32,000 nucleotides of DNA from Candidatus Saganbacteria bacterium. GTDB lineage: Bacteria > Margulisbacteria > WOR-1 > JAKLHX01. The position numbers and the translations under genes were made by a program. Location: positions 180,001 through 212,000 of the forward strand of contig JAPLKZ010000005.1 of NCBI GenBank assembly GCA_026387835.1, in the 5' to 3' direction. The notes below the pieces were generated by a model that saw only the letters and a program-made list of their open reading frames with translations, did not search any database and was not told where the DNA came from. Shown here in pieces: positions 1 through 9,269 of this stretch (position 1 is the first letter of the stretch; each line of letters begins with the position of its first letter).

Positions 1-185
1 ACAGGTCATTTGGTGTCGATCCTCTTCTCTGGGGTCTTGGGGACGGCCGTAAGATCATGGTGCGTGACATGATGACCGGCCAGCTGTTCCATGAGACGTC
101 AGCCGGTGATCTGAGGACGAACGGACTTAAAGTCGGGCTTTGGCCCAAGGGTTCTCAGGTCCTGCAGCTGATACCGAAAGATTGA
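1..185 (+). CDS. 3' end of a CDS that begins upstream of the window (product unknown)
   Basis: Frame 3 is open from the window edge to TGA at 183-185 (61 codons, ...VRDMMTGQLFHETSAGDLRTNGLKVGLWPKGSQVLQLIPKD*). It is absent from the ORF track only because it has no in-window start. The tail loosely resembles the C-terminal beta-sandwich of glucan-active enzymes, but that is an impression only. Confidence 0.4.
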   Translation, partial: RSFGVDPLLWGLGDGRKIMVRDMMTGQLFHETSAGDLRTNGLKVGLWPKGSQVLQLIPKD

Positions 186-221
186 TCCTTCCGGCGCATT
201 TCTTAGAGCACCTAAAAAATA

Positions 222-233
222 CTGAAATTTCAG
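222..233. promoter_or_regulatory. Perfect 12-bp palindrome CTGAAATTTCAG upstream of the 256-aa orphan ORF (possible operator)
   Basis: Read directly from the sequence. It is self-complementary and lies 72 nt upstream of ATG 305. No known regulator is assigned. Confidence 0.2.
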
Positions 234-242
234 ATATTTCCC

Positions 243-253
243 GACGATAGATA
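243..253 (+). promoter_or_regulatory. GACGATAGATA motif, copy 1 (-10-like TAGATA core)
   Basis: An identical 11-mer recurs at 30822-30832 upstream of the other orphan ORF. This copy ends 51 nt before ATG 305. Confidence 0.3.
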
Positions 254-304
254 TATGAGTTCAAAAAGAGCTCAATTAATAAGTTCCAATAAAGGAGAAA
301 TGCG

Positions 305-1075
305 ATGAGTATATATGCTTTTCAAGCTGGATCAAAAAGAATAGATATTGGCGGACGTCTGGCAATGGACGTGCTTCCCGCGGCTCATCTTAAGAGGTTC
401 CTGGCTAACGGGATCCTTCCGAGAACCCGGCTTTACGGAGATTTACGCACAGTCGATCTCAGAAATCCTAATATGCCGGTCGAAGTGGAGGAGGCGGCAC
501 GCCTTCAGAAATTCCTCGGCAAGGAAGCATATGCCAAAATGGCCGCCCGCGAGCCTATTCAACTTGCTGTCAGGACTTCGGTAAACACGCCAAAATATGC
601 TATGAATGAATATCCTTATAAATATATATCGCTTGCATTTTCCCTTTTTGGCAGCCCCGGCGAAGGACGGGCATATAATATGGTCATAACTCCGTATGCC
701 GGGCTAAGTCATCCGGTCATGGAATTTAACTGGGCGGATATATTTTCGCACGGCACAGACTGTTTACCGTATTTCAATCTGACAAGACTTGAGATCATCA
801 AGAACCCAGACACTAACTCGACTTCAAAATTCCTTGTCAGGAGAATGCAGCTGGTTGACAGGCATGACCAGGGACTGGCAGCTGTTTTTTTCAAGAACAC
901 TCCGTTATCCGCCTGGACGGGACTTGTCGATCCTCCCGGAACGAAAGGGAAGGATAACAGATATATGGGAATGTATTTTTTGGGCAATTTAGCCTGCGCG
1001 CTTGACCGTATCGAGAAAATGTTCCCTGTGCATCAAGCTCTTGATCGCGATTTGAGAAAGAAAGAAGAGGCTTAG
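305..1075 (+). CDS. Hypothetical protein, 256 aa, no family recognised
   Basis: Long ORF with an AAGGAG Shine-Dalgarno site at 292-297, 7 nt before the ATG. Codon usage looks host-like, with CTT-rich Leu. I see no TM segment, signal peptide or catalytic motif I recognise. Confidence 0.7.
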   Translation: MSIYAFQAGSKRIDIGGRLAMDVLPAAHLKRFLANGILPRTRLYGDLRTVDLRNPNMPVEVEEAARLQKFLGKEAYAKMAAREPIQLAVRTSVNTPKYAMNEYPYKYISLAFSLFGSPGEGRAYNMVITPYAGLSHPVMEFNWADIFSHGTDCLPYFNLTRLEIIKNPDTNSTSKFLVRRMQLVDRHDQGLAAVFFKNTPLSAWTGLVDPPGTKGKDNRYMGMYFLGNLACALDRIEKMFPVHQALDRDLRKKEEA

Positions 1076-1117
1076 GATTAAGCAATATCTGTTTATTTGT
1101 TAAAACCTGTTTAACGG

Positions 1118-1594
1118 CTAAAAAGTTGTAGTTCGCCCCTTTTTATCAGATCTTAACGTTCTGAAGAAATCTTTTAATATATCCATGCAATCTTCTTTGC
1201 AAACGTCCTTGATAATTTTTACCTTGTGATTTAACCGCTTGCTCTTTAAGATGTTCATGATGCTTCCCGCAGCCCCGGCTTTCGGGTCAGCAGTGCCATA
1301 GATCAAAGTCCTTATCCTTGAAAGGACCATGGCTCCGGCGCACATGGGGCAGGGCTCGAGCGTTGTGTACAGATCGACCTTGTTAAGTCTCCATGTTTTC
1401 ATCTTTTTTACTGCTTTTTGCAGGCACAGAAGCTCGGCATGGGCGGTCGGGTCATTCCTTTTTTCTTTCTCGTTGTGAGCCCTTGCGATGACCTTGCCGT
1501 CGAGGACCGCCACTGCGCCGATGGGAACGTCGCCGGTCTTAAGTGCTTTGTTGGCCTCTTTGATGGCAGACCGCATAAAATGTTCATGTTTCAT
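1118..1594 (-). CDS. tadA: tRNA-specific adenosine deaminase
   Basis: The size is 158 aa. It carries the CMP/dCMP-type zinc deaminase motifs HAE (..PTAHAELL..) and PCPMCAGA, and the N-terminus MRSAIKEA is typical of TadA. Confidence 0.93.
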   Translation of the reverse strand: MKHEHFMRSAIKEANKALKTGDVPIGAVAVLDGKVIARAHNEKEKRNDPTAHAELLCLQKAVKKMKTWRLNKVDLYTTLEPCPMCAGAMVLSRIRTLIYGTADPKAGAAGSIMNILKSKRLNHKVKIIKDVCKEDCMDILKDFFRTLRSDKKGRTTTF

Positions 1595-1600
1595 TCTTCA

Positions 1601-1606
1601 ATTTTA
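1601..1606 (-). promoter_or_regulatory. -10 box TAAAAT placed 6 nt upstream of the tadA ATG (leaderless-type promoter)
   Basis: The minus strand reads TAAAAT-tgaaga-ATG. No SD site is present. Confidence 0.4.
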
Positions 1607-1616
1607 CCTTTCTCTA

Positions 1617-1625
1617 TGCTAAAAT
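1617..1625 (+). promoter_or_regulatory. Extended -10 TGcTAAAAT for pyrR, with TTCAAT (1597-1602) at 17-nt spacing as the -35
   Basis: Read directly from the sequence. There are 11 nt between the -10 and ATG 1637. Confidence 0.4.
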
Positions 1626-1636
1626 GAAAGGCACAA

Positions 1637-2167
1637 ATGGCAAAAGAAAAGATAATAATGGACGGCCCGGATATAGCAAGAGCCGTCAAAAAAATAGCGC
1701 ATGAGATAATCGAAAAGAACAAAGGCGCCAAGAACATCGTTTTCGTGGGGATTCTTGAAGGCGGCTACCCGCTTGCGAAGAGGATTGCCAATATCATTAA
1801 AAGTGCAGCGGGTGAAAACATCGACGTTGGCGGGATCGACGTGTCTTTTTACAGGGACGATCTCATGGTAAAAGGGAAGAATATAACACCGAAAAAATCA
1901 GATATCCTATTCTCTGTGGACAAGAAGACCGTTATCCTCGTCGATGATGTGCTTTTCCACGGGAGGACCGTGCGTGCCGCCCTCGACAACCTGAACGATT
2001 ACGGAAGGCCTTCCAGGGTCCAGCTTGCAGTTCTGATCGACCGCGGCAACCGCGAGCTCCCGATACAGAGCGACTTCTGCGGAAAGAAGATATCCACCAC
2101 TCCTGATGATGACGTCAAAGTGTATCTTGCTGAAAATAACGGAACAGACAAAGTGACCGTAAAATAG
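1637..2167 (+). CDS. pyrR: Bifunctional pyrimidine regulatory protein / uracil phosphoribosyltransferase PyrR
   Basis: The size is 176 aa. It has the PRTase PRPP-binding loop VILVDDVLFHGRTVRAAL, and its length and N-terminal layout are typical of PyrR. Confidence 0.9.
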   Translation: MAKEKIIMDGPDIARAVKKIAHEIIEKNKGAKNIVFVGILEGGYPLAKRIANIIKSAAGENIDVGGIDVSFYRDDLMVKGKNITPKKSDILFSVDKKTVILVDDVLFHGRTVRAALDNLNDYGRPSRVQLAVLIDRGNRELPIQSDFCGKKISTTPDDDVKVYLAENNGTDKVTVK

Positions 2168-2180
2168 AGACCCTCCTAAC

Positions 2181-5100
2181 ATGACAAAACAAGTCTTCGT
2201 GGTAGAAGCCTCTGCCGGCACCGGAAAAACATTTGCCCTCGCGAAAAGATATATCGATCTTCTGACAGATAAAAATAATCAAGATCAGGATAACTCGTTC
2301 AGGAGTATCCTGGCCATCACTTTTACAAATAAGGCCGCCAGTGAGATGAAGGGCCGGATCATGCGCTTTATGAAAGAGATAGCTATTAAGAATACGGATA
2401 GTTCACTACAGTCGCTGGACGCTCTCGTCCACAATTACAATTATTTCCAGGTGCAGACTATAGACAGTTTTGTTAATACGATAATTTCAGCTTGTGCTTT
2501 CAGGGCAGGACTGACGGCTGATTTTGAGGTCCGTAAGGACCATATCGATTATCTTTCGTACAGCCTTGATGATCTCATCGATTCTTCGGGAGCGGATAAA
2601 GAGGTCAGCAAGGTGTTTAGCAATTTCCTCGATCATTATATATTTATTGAGAACAAAACAAGCTGGTTCCCGAGAGAGGATATCCTGGCGATCTTAAGGT
2701 CCATGTATTTCGATTCAAATATATACGGAATGGGTTTTAATAAATATGAGACAAAAGAAGATGTAAGGCAAATAAAGAAAAAGACCTTTTCTCTGATAGC
2801 GAAACTCGCGTCAAAAGATCTTAAAGGAGTGAACAAGAACTTTATCGCTAGCCTTAATAAATTCATTGATAGATCAAAGACAGGCTTTTCGATCGAAGAT
2901 GTTTCCGATTATTTCAAAAGGAACGAGATCCCGGTCAATAAAGGGTTTGAAGTATCAGAGGGTGTTGATGAGCTCTGGTCAAAGATCAAAAAGAGCCTGT
3001 GCGATCTGTGCGAAACAGAAGCGTTCTCGACATTCAACTGCTACGTGGATATCTATGGCCTTGTGATGAAAGATTTTGAAAAGGCCGCAAGGGCCCAGGA
3101 TGTAATGTTCCTTGAAGAGCTGAACAGCAAGGCTCTTCAAATAAAGGAGATGATAGATGTTCCTGAGCTTTACTGGCGGCTTGCCACAAGATACAGGCAT
3201 TTTCTTCTTGATGAGTTCCAGGACACCAGCTTTCTGCAATGGAACAATCTTTATCCGATGATAGAAGAAGCTCTTTCAACAGGGGGCACTCTATTTTATG
3301 TCGGGGATAAAAAGCAGTCAATTTACAGGTTCAGGGGGGCGGCGCCCGTGCTTTTTGGCCAGGCAAAGGAACAGCTGAACAATTTTGAGGGTTCAGTGCA
3401 GACCATAAATATGAATTACCGCAGCCAGAAGGAGATAGTCGATTTCAACAATATGATCTTTTCGGATGAAAACCTGAACTCGTTTATTTCAAAATTATCC
3501 GAGAAAAATGAGGATGTCAATGAGTTTGCCGCAGATATGCTCGAATTGTATAAAAATTCAAAGCAGCAATATCTTGAAGGCAATTTATACGGGAAAGTAA
3601 CTGTCGAAGCAGTAGACGATAAAGATGATCAGGACTCGTCAGAAATAATCGAGCAAAAGGTCATTGCAGCGGTCAAAGATCTTCAAACGAGGTCGGATCT
3701 TAATGATATTGCCATATTGTGCCGTGATAATGATGATGTCCAGATCGTCACATCCTGGCTCCTGAAAGAGAGTATTCCGGTGGAATCATTCCTTACCTTG
3801 AGCATCAGGGAGAACGCGCTGATAAAAGAAGTAATATCTTTTTTGAAGTTCTTGACCTCACCCGTGGACAATCTTGCTTTCGGCTCATTCATAACAGGAT
3901 CGATCTTTCTCAAAATATCCGGTATTGATGCAAAAGAGATCGAATCTTTCATAATAGGGTGGGACAGGGGAAAAGCCCGCGAAAGATATCTATACAAAGA
4001 ATTCAAAAGCAAATATGCAGAGATCTGGGGATCTTTGATCGAAGAGTTCTTCAATTCAATAGAGTTTGTTCCGCTATATGAATACATGATCAGGACGATC
4101 GGTTCATTCCGAGTTATGGAGAATTTCCCCGGTCAGCAGGGCTTTTTCATGAAGCTTCTTGAAGTAATAAAAGATAAAGAGGAGGACATACAGAACGTTG
4201 AAAGTTTCATCAAGTATTTTGATGAGACAAAAGATGACCTGTTCGTAAACGCGGCCGGTTCAGATTCAGTGAAGGTCATGACAGTTCACAAAGCCAAGGG
4301 GTTAGGTTTCGGGGCGGTCATCCTGCCGTACCTGCGGATGGATGTGAAGGTCACCGGAAGAGGAAGATCGGGTGCCGTGATAGAGGGCGGGGGCAGGCTT
4401 TCTATCGTCAGGTTAAAAGAAAAATACAATAACTACTCAAATAAACTAAAAGAGATCTATCTGCAGGAATACAAAAGAGCCTTTATTGATGAGTTGAACA
4501 ATGTTTATGTCGCTTTGACCAGGGCAAAGAACGAGCTGTATGTCTTTGTCCCGCCAAGATCGGGGAACGCAATGAATCCGGTCAGATGTCTGCTGCCAGA
4601 AAAGTTTGAAAGCGGTACGGCAAAAAAATATCCATCTGATATTCCTTCGGAGGAACCGGTTGAGATCAAAACATCAAGATACAGAGATGTGATATCCCTT
4701 CTTGAAGATGACGAACATATCAAAGAATCAAAAGTCATTGACAGGGAGAAAAAGATCGCGGGAGACATGGCGCATCTGGTCCTTTCCTTTATAAGAAGTC
4801 TAAAAGGAAAAGATGTTGAGGCCGAGATCAATGCGGCATTCCTGAAGGCCGGATCAAAATATTTGAAACACGATCTGGAGCATGTCAGGACCGCGGTTGA
4901 AAAGCTGATAAATGATAAGAAAGCGGCTGCTTTTTTCTTTGCGGCGGACGGAGAGATCTTTACTGAACAAGAAGTTATTACGTCAGAAGGACGGCTTTTC
5001 AGGATAGACCGGTTGATAGCGAAAAAAGATGAGGCGATAGTCGTGGATTATAAAAGCTCAAAAGATAACCACGAAGAATATGTGACGCAACTGACAAATT

Positions 5101-5195
5101 ATATGGGATTGATCAAAGGAATATTCAGAAAGTCCAAGGTCAGGGGCTTTCTGGTCTATCTGGATACAACTGACATCGAGGAGATCCATGGATAA
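2181..5195 (+). CDS. addA: UvrD/PcrA-type helicase with C-terminal PD-(D/E)XK nuclease (AddA-like)
   Basis: It has Walker A ASAGTGKT and the helicase motifs DEFQDT, GDKKQSIYRFRGA, NYRS and VALTRAKNELYV. The C-terminal nuclease motif is IDRL..x..VVDYKSSK. The stop overlaps the next gene by 8 nt. Confidence 0.85.
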   Translation: MTKQVFVVEASAGTGKTFALAKRYIDLLTDKNNQDQDNSFRSILAITFTNKAASEMKGRIMRFMKEIAIKNTDSSLQSLDALVHNYNYFQVQTIDSFVNTIISACAFRAGLTADFEVRKDHIDYLSYSLDDLIDSSGADKEVSKVFSNFLDHYIFIENKTSWFPREDILAILRSMYFDSNIYGMGFNKYETKEDVRQIKKKTFSLIAKLASKDLKGVNKNFIASLNKFIDRSKTGFSIEDVSDYFKRNEIPVNKGFEVSEGVDELWSKIKKSLCDLCETEAFSTFNCYVDIYGLVMKDFEKAARAQDVMFLEELNSKALQIKEMIDVPELYWRLATRYRHFLLDEFQDTSFLQWNNLYPMIEEALSTGGTLFYVGDKKQSIYRFRGAAPVLFGQAKEQLNNFEGSVQTINMNYRSQKEIVDFNNMIFSDENLNSFISKLSEKNEDVNEFAADMLELYKNSKQQYLEGNLYGKVTVEAVDDKDDQDSSEIIEQKVIAAVKDLQTRSDLNDIAILCRDNDDVQIVTSWLLKESIPVESFLTLSIRENALIKEVISFLKFLTSPVDNLAFGSFITGSIFLKISGIDAKEIESFIIGWDRGKARERYLYKEFKSKYAEIWGSLIEEFFNSIEFVPLYEYMIRTIGSFRVMENFPGQQGFFMKLLEVIKDKEEDIQNVESFIKYFDETKDDLFVNAAGSDSVKVMTVHKAKGLGFGAVILPYLRMDVKVTGRGRSGAVIEGGGRLSIVRLKEKYNNYSNKLKEIYLQEYKRAFIDELNNVYVALTRAKNELYVFVPPRSGNAMNPVRCLLPEKFESGTAKKYPSDIPSEEPVEIKTSRYRDVISLLEDDEHIKESKVIDREKKIAGDMAHLVLSFIRSLKGKDVEAEINAAFLKAGSKYLKHDLEHVRTAVEKLINDKKAAAFFFAADGEIFTEQEVITSEGRLFRIDRLIAKKDEAIVVDYKSSKDNHEEYVTQLTNYMGLIKGIFRKSKVRGFLVYLDTTDIEEIHG

Positions 5196-7989
5196 TGTAA
5201 GAACATTCGCCCTCAGCGATAACTTTATCGCAAGAACAGCCGATTTTATTATCGATAACTTCGGCCCGTCAATGGATCTCAGCAGGATCGCCTGTATTTA
5301 TACTAACAAACGGCCCTCTCTTTTCCTTAACCGGGAGCTTGCTTATAAGATAAAGAATAATTTCTTTCCGCCAAAAGCTTTTGTGATGGACGAGTTCGTG
5401 GAGCATCTGCTGCTTAAAAGAGAAAAGTTCTCAAGGATATCTTCGACGGAGGCAGCCTACATCATATACAGGTTAATAGAGGACATAGATCCTTCATTGC
5501 TAAAAGGAAGGGCATCATTCTCAAGCTTTTTCCCGTGGGCGAGAGAGATCTACTCATTTATACAGCACCTTGATCTGGAGGATATCAAACCCGAAGCGCT
5601 TTCGGCTGTTGAAAAAAGCGCGGCTATCGGTTATGAAATACCAGAAACAATAAACAGTCTGTTGCTGAACATAAATAAGGTCCGCGATCTGTTGCATAAG
5701 AAAATGGAAGAGACAAAGTCATATTCAAGAGGATATCAGTATCTGAAAGCCCAGAAAATGATCGCAGAAGAAGACCTTCCTGAATATGAAAAGATATTGT
5801 TCTGTAATTTCTTTTATCTTCAGAGAACAGAAAAGCAGATAATAAAACGCCTGCATGAGAAAGACAAGGCTGTATTGCTGTTCCAGGGGGAGGAAGCTTC
5901 CTGGCCGGTGCTGAAGGAAAACGCCAGATATTTTAATGTCAGTATTTCAGCCGGTCATAAAGACGCAAAAGATCCCGGGCTGAATATTTACAGCGCGCAC
6001 GACAGCCACAGCGAAGCAGCGGTCGCAGGACAGATACTGGGCGGCATAAAAAAACAGGATTCAGCCGTGGTAGTCCTTCCCGATGCTTCGTCTTCTCTGC
6101 CACTGCTATCGGAGATATCGTCATCTGTCAAGGATTTTAATGTTTCTGTGGGTTATCCGCTGAAGAGAAGCTCCTTATATGTGCTTCTTAAGATGATATT
6201 TGAGGCCCAGCTTACCGCAAAAAATAACAAATATTATTCAAAACATTACCTGGCAGTGATGATGCACCCGCTGGCAAAGAACATTAAACTTCTTTCAAAA
6301 AGGGAGCATTCAAGGATACTTGTCCATAAGATAGAAGAAAGTCTGAAGGGTTTTGAAAGGTCCAAGGTATCGGGCAGTCTTTTTATTGACCTTAAGGAAG
6401 TGTTAAACGATAACAAGATCCTTTCCCTGGTCAACGGGATGATAGATGACCCGGATATCAAGATAGAAGACTTGAGATCGGCGCTTAAGGAGCTCCATGA
6501 AATATTATTCAAAAAATGGGAAAAGATCTTAACCCCTTCGCAGTTCGCGGCATGCCTGCATGAATTCACTGAGATTATGGGCCGGTCAAGCATCCTCGGA
6601 TGTTATCCGCTCAATTATTCTGTAGCTCAGAAGCTGTTCGATTGCGCTGATATGCTGAAAAACTGTTCATTTGCCGAGGAGCACTTTGAAAAATCAGAGA
6701 TATTTAAGATATTTGAAGACATTATGGGGAGCAAGAAAGTGGATTTTTCAGGGACCCCTCTTAAAGGATTGCAGGTACTCGGACTTTACAAGACGCACTG
6801 CCTTAATTTTGATGAGGTGATAGTGCTGGACGTGAACGAAGGCGTTTTGCCAAGCACAGGCCTTAGCCAGCCGCTTATCCCGAGAGAAGTAATGCTGGGC
6901 TTAGGGCTTTCCAGGATCCTGAGGGAAGAAGAGATCGAGCGTTACCAGTTCATGAGATTGATATCCAGTGCGGAGAATGTTCATTTAATATATAAAAACG
7001 ACGATAAAAGCACAAGGAGCAGGTTCATAGAAGAGCTTATCTGGCAGAGGGAGAAAAAAGAAAGGAAACTGGATATCATCAAGGTCAAAAAAGTAATAAT
7101 CCCTTCTTCATATAGCAGTTCCAAACAAGAAGCCGGAAAGACGCCTGAAATATTAAAGCGTTTAAAAGGGCAGGTTTTTTCACATTCATCCGTGAACACT
7201 TATATGGATTGCCCGAAGCAATTCTATTTCAGATATGTGCTCGGGTTGAGAGAGAAAGAAAGCCTGCTGTCGGATATCGAGGCTTCGGATATAGGGAATT
7301 TCATCCACGAATTGCTTGAAAGCGCGTACAAGGACGTCAAAGGAAGTAAACCCGATATTAACGCGGATTTCAGAAAAAAGCTTTTCACTTTGTTCAATAA
7401 AGAATTTGAAGCGTTCTTTTCAAAAAGGATGGCGTCGGATTCGTTCCTGCTTAAAGAACTGGTAAAGAACAAGCTTGATTCGTTCCTGGCGTTCGAGAAA
7501 GACAGGAATATCCGGAAAATTATCTGTCTCGAAGAAAAAGTCGACGGTCTGATAGGCGATTTCAATTTCACCGCGAAGATCGACCGGATAGATGAGCTTG
7601 AGGACGGGACTATATTGGTCATTGATTATAAAACAGGGGATATAGAAAAGTTGCCATCGAAAAATGACGGGTCGCTGCTCAATCTGTCCGACAGAAAGAC
7701 CATAAAGAAGATCATTAAATCTTTTCAGTTGCCGATCTATCTTCATCTTGCAGAAAAAGAGCTAAAGTTCAGCAAAATGAACGCTGCTTTGTACGGTATA
7801 AAGACAACGGAAATCAAACCTCTATGGAAAGATGAAGCTGAAGACAGGAAACAACACCTGCTGACAGTTTATATCGGTCTTCTTAAGAAGATATTGAACG
7901 AGATAATTGATCCGGATGTAAACTTCATGGCAGATGATGAAGACGAAAAACAATGCGACAGGTGCCCCTATTTTTATATGTGCAGATAG
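5188..7989 (+). CDS. addB: AddB-like PD-(D/E)XK nuclease subunit with a Fe-S cluster cysteine set and no Walker A
   Basis: The C-terminal nuclease motif is IDRIDEL..x..VIDYKTG. It is bracketed by CPKQFYFRYV and CDRCPYFYMC, the 1+3 Cys arrangement seen in AddB. There are degenerate helicase remnants (VLDVNEGVLP). No GxGKT occurs anywhere in the N-terminus. Confidence 0.8.
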   Translation: MDNVRTFALSDNFIARTADFIIDNFGPSMDLSRIACIYTNKRPSLFLNRELAYKIKNNFFPPKAFVMDEFVEHLLLKREKFSRISSTEAAYIIYRLIEDIDPSLLKGRASFSSFFPWAREIYSFIQHLDLEDIKPEALSAVEKSAAIGYEIPETINSLLLNINKVRDLLHKKMEETKSYSRGYQYLKAQKMIAEEDLPEYEKILFCNFFYLQRTEKQIIKRLHEKDKAVLLFQGEEASWPVLKENARYFNVSISAGHKDAKDPGLNIYSAHDSHSEAAVAGQILGGIKKQDSAVVVLPDASSSLPLLSEISSSVKDFNVSVGYPLKRSSLYVLLKMIFEAQLTAKNNKYYSKHYLAVMMHPLAKNIKLLSKREHSRILVHKIEESLKGFERSKVSGSLFIDLKEVLNDNKILSLVNGMIDDPDIKIEDLRSALKELHEILFKKWEKILTPSQFAACLHEFTEIMGRSSILGCYPLNYSVAQKLFDCADMLKNCSFAEEHFEKSEIFKIFEDIMGSKKVDFSGTPLKGLQVLGLYKTHCLNFDEVIVLDVNEGVLPSTGLSQPLIPREVMLGLGLSRILREEEIERYQFMRLISSAENVHLIYKNDDKSTRSRFIEELIWQREKKERKLDIIKVKKVIIPSSYSSSKQEAGKTPEILKRLKGQVFSHSSVNTYMDCPKQFYFRYVLGLREKESLLSDIEASDIGNFIHELLESAYKDVKGSKPDINADFRKKLFTLFNKEFEAFFSKRMASDSFLLKELVKNKLDSFLAFEKDRNIRKIICLEEKVDGLIGDFNFTAKIDRIDELEDGTILVIDYKTGDIEKLPSKNDGSLLNLSDRKTIKKIIKSFQLPIYLHLAEKELKFSKMNAALYGIKTTEIKPLWKDEAEDRKQHLLTVYIGLLKKILNEIIDPDVNFMADDEDEKQCDRCPYFYMCR

Positions 7990-8023
7990 GAGATATCGCC
8001 AGTGACTAGTCGCTCGTGCATTG

Positions 8024-8032
8024 TGATAGAAT
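8024..8032 (+). promoter_or_regulatory. Extended -10 TGaTAGAAT upstream of rmuC
   Basis: It lies 19 nt before ATG 8052, and GGAG (8043-8046) is within the short leader. An 8-bp palindrome GACTAGTC (8004-8011) sits at the -35 position. Confidence 0.35.
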
Positions 8033-8051
8033 ATTATAAATTGGAGAAGAA

Positions 8052-9248
8052 ATGATCGAGATATTATTAATTATAGTAATTTTGTTGTTGATAATTGCCA
8101 TTGGCCTGATCTTTTTAAAACAATCCAAACCTCAAGATCTTCAAATACTTGAAAAAGGGCAGGAAAGGGTTGAAAGGGCAGTGAAGGATGAGATCTCAAA
8201 GAACAGGGAAGAATCCGGGGCCGGCGCCAAAAATTTAAGAGATGAGCTTTTCAATCAGCTTACAAAACTCACATCGATAAATACGGACCGTCTTGACAAG
8301 ATGAGGGAGACGATAGAAGAGAGATTGAAACTTCTCCAGGATGACAACAGCAAGAAGCTTGAAAAGATGAGAGAGACGGTGGATGAAAAGCTGCAGTCGA
8401 CTCTTGAAAAAAGGCTCGGCGAATCGTTCAAATTCGTCAGCGAACGGCTCGAGATGGTCCACAAGGGCCTCGGCGAGATGCAGAACCTGGCGATCGGGGT
8501 GGGCGATCTTAAAAAAGTACTGACAAATATTAAATCCCGTGGGACATGGGGGGAGATGCAGCTTGAAAAATTGCTTGAAGAGGTCCTCAGCCCCGAACAA
8601 TATGAAAAGAACGTCGCGACCAAGAAAGGAAGCAGCGAAAGAGTGGAGTTCGCCGTCAAGCTTCCCGGCAAAGAAAAAGACCATATCTGGCTGCCTATAG
8701 ACTCGAAGTTTCCGAAAGAAGATTACGAAAAACTGGTCGACGCGCAGGATAGGGGAGATATCGCGTTGATCGAAGAGCTTGGCAGGGCGCTTGAAATACG
8801 GATAAAATCGGAAGCAAAGGATATCAGGGAGAAATATATAAATCCACCCAACACTACTGATTTCGGTATAATGTTCCTGCCGTTCGAAGGCCTGTATGCG
8901 GAAGTCTTGAGGAGACCCGGGCTGGCTGAGATACTTCAAAGAGACTACAGGGTCATCATCTCCGGCCCGACCACGATCTACGCGTTACTAAACAGCCTGC
9001 AGATGGGTTTCAGGACACTGGCAATAGAAAAACGCGCGAGCGAAGTCTGGAAGATATTATCCGCCGTCATCGTGGAGTTCGGCAAGTTCGGGGATATCCT
9101 TGACAAGACAAAGAAAAAACTTGAGGAAGCAACGAACACGATAGATGATGCTGCCAGGAAATCAAGGACGATCGAATCCAAACTCAAAAGGGTGCAGACG
9201 ATGCCGGCGGCCGATGAAGCTCCGATGATAGGGGAGCCGGAGAACTAA
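8052..9248 (+). CDS. rmuC: DNA recombination protein RmuC
   Basis: The protein has an N-terminal TM helix and a long coiled-coil. Its C-terminal RmuC nuclease-like core reads ...GTWGEMQLE...PDxxxLPIDSKFP...FLPFEGLY... Confidence 0.9.
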   Translation: MIEILLIIVILLLIIAIGLIFLKQSKPQDLQILEKGQERVERAVKDEISKNREESGAGAKNLRDELFNQLTKLTSINTDRLDKMRETIEERLKLLQDDNSKKLEKMRETVDEKLQSTLEKRLGESFKFVSERLEMVHKGLGEMQNLAIGVGDLKKVLTNIKSRGTWGEMQLEKLLEEVLSPEQYEKNVATKKGSSERVEFAVKLPGKEKDHIWLPIDSKFPKEDYEKLVDAQDRGDIALIEELGRALEIRIKSEAKDIREKYINPPNTTDFGIMFLPFEGLYAEVLRRPGLAEILQRDYRVIISGPTTIYALLNSLQMGFRTLAIEKRASEVWKILSAVIVEFGKFGDILDKTKKKLEEATNTIDDAARKSRTIESKLKRVQTMPAADEAPMIGEPEN

Positions 9249-9269
9249 ATAAGGAGAGGGAGCTGTAAG

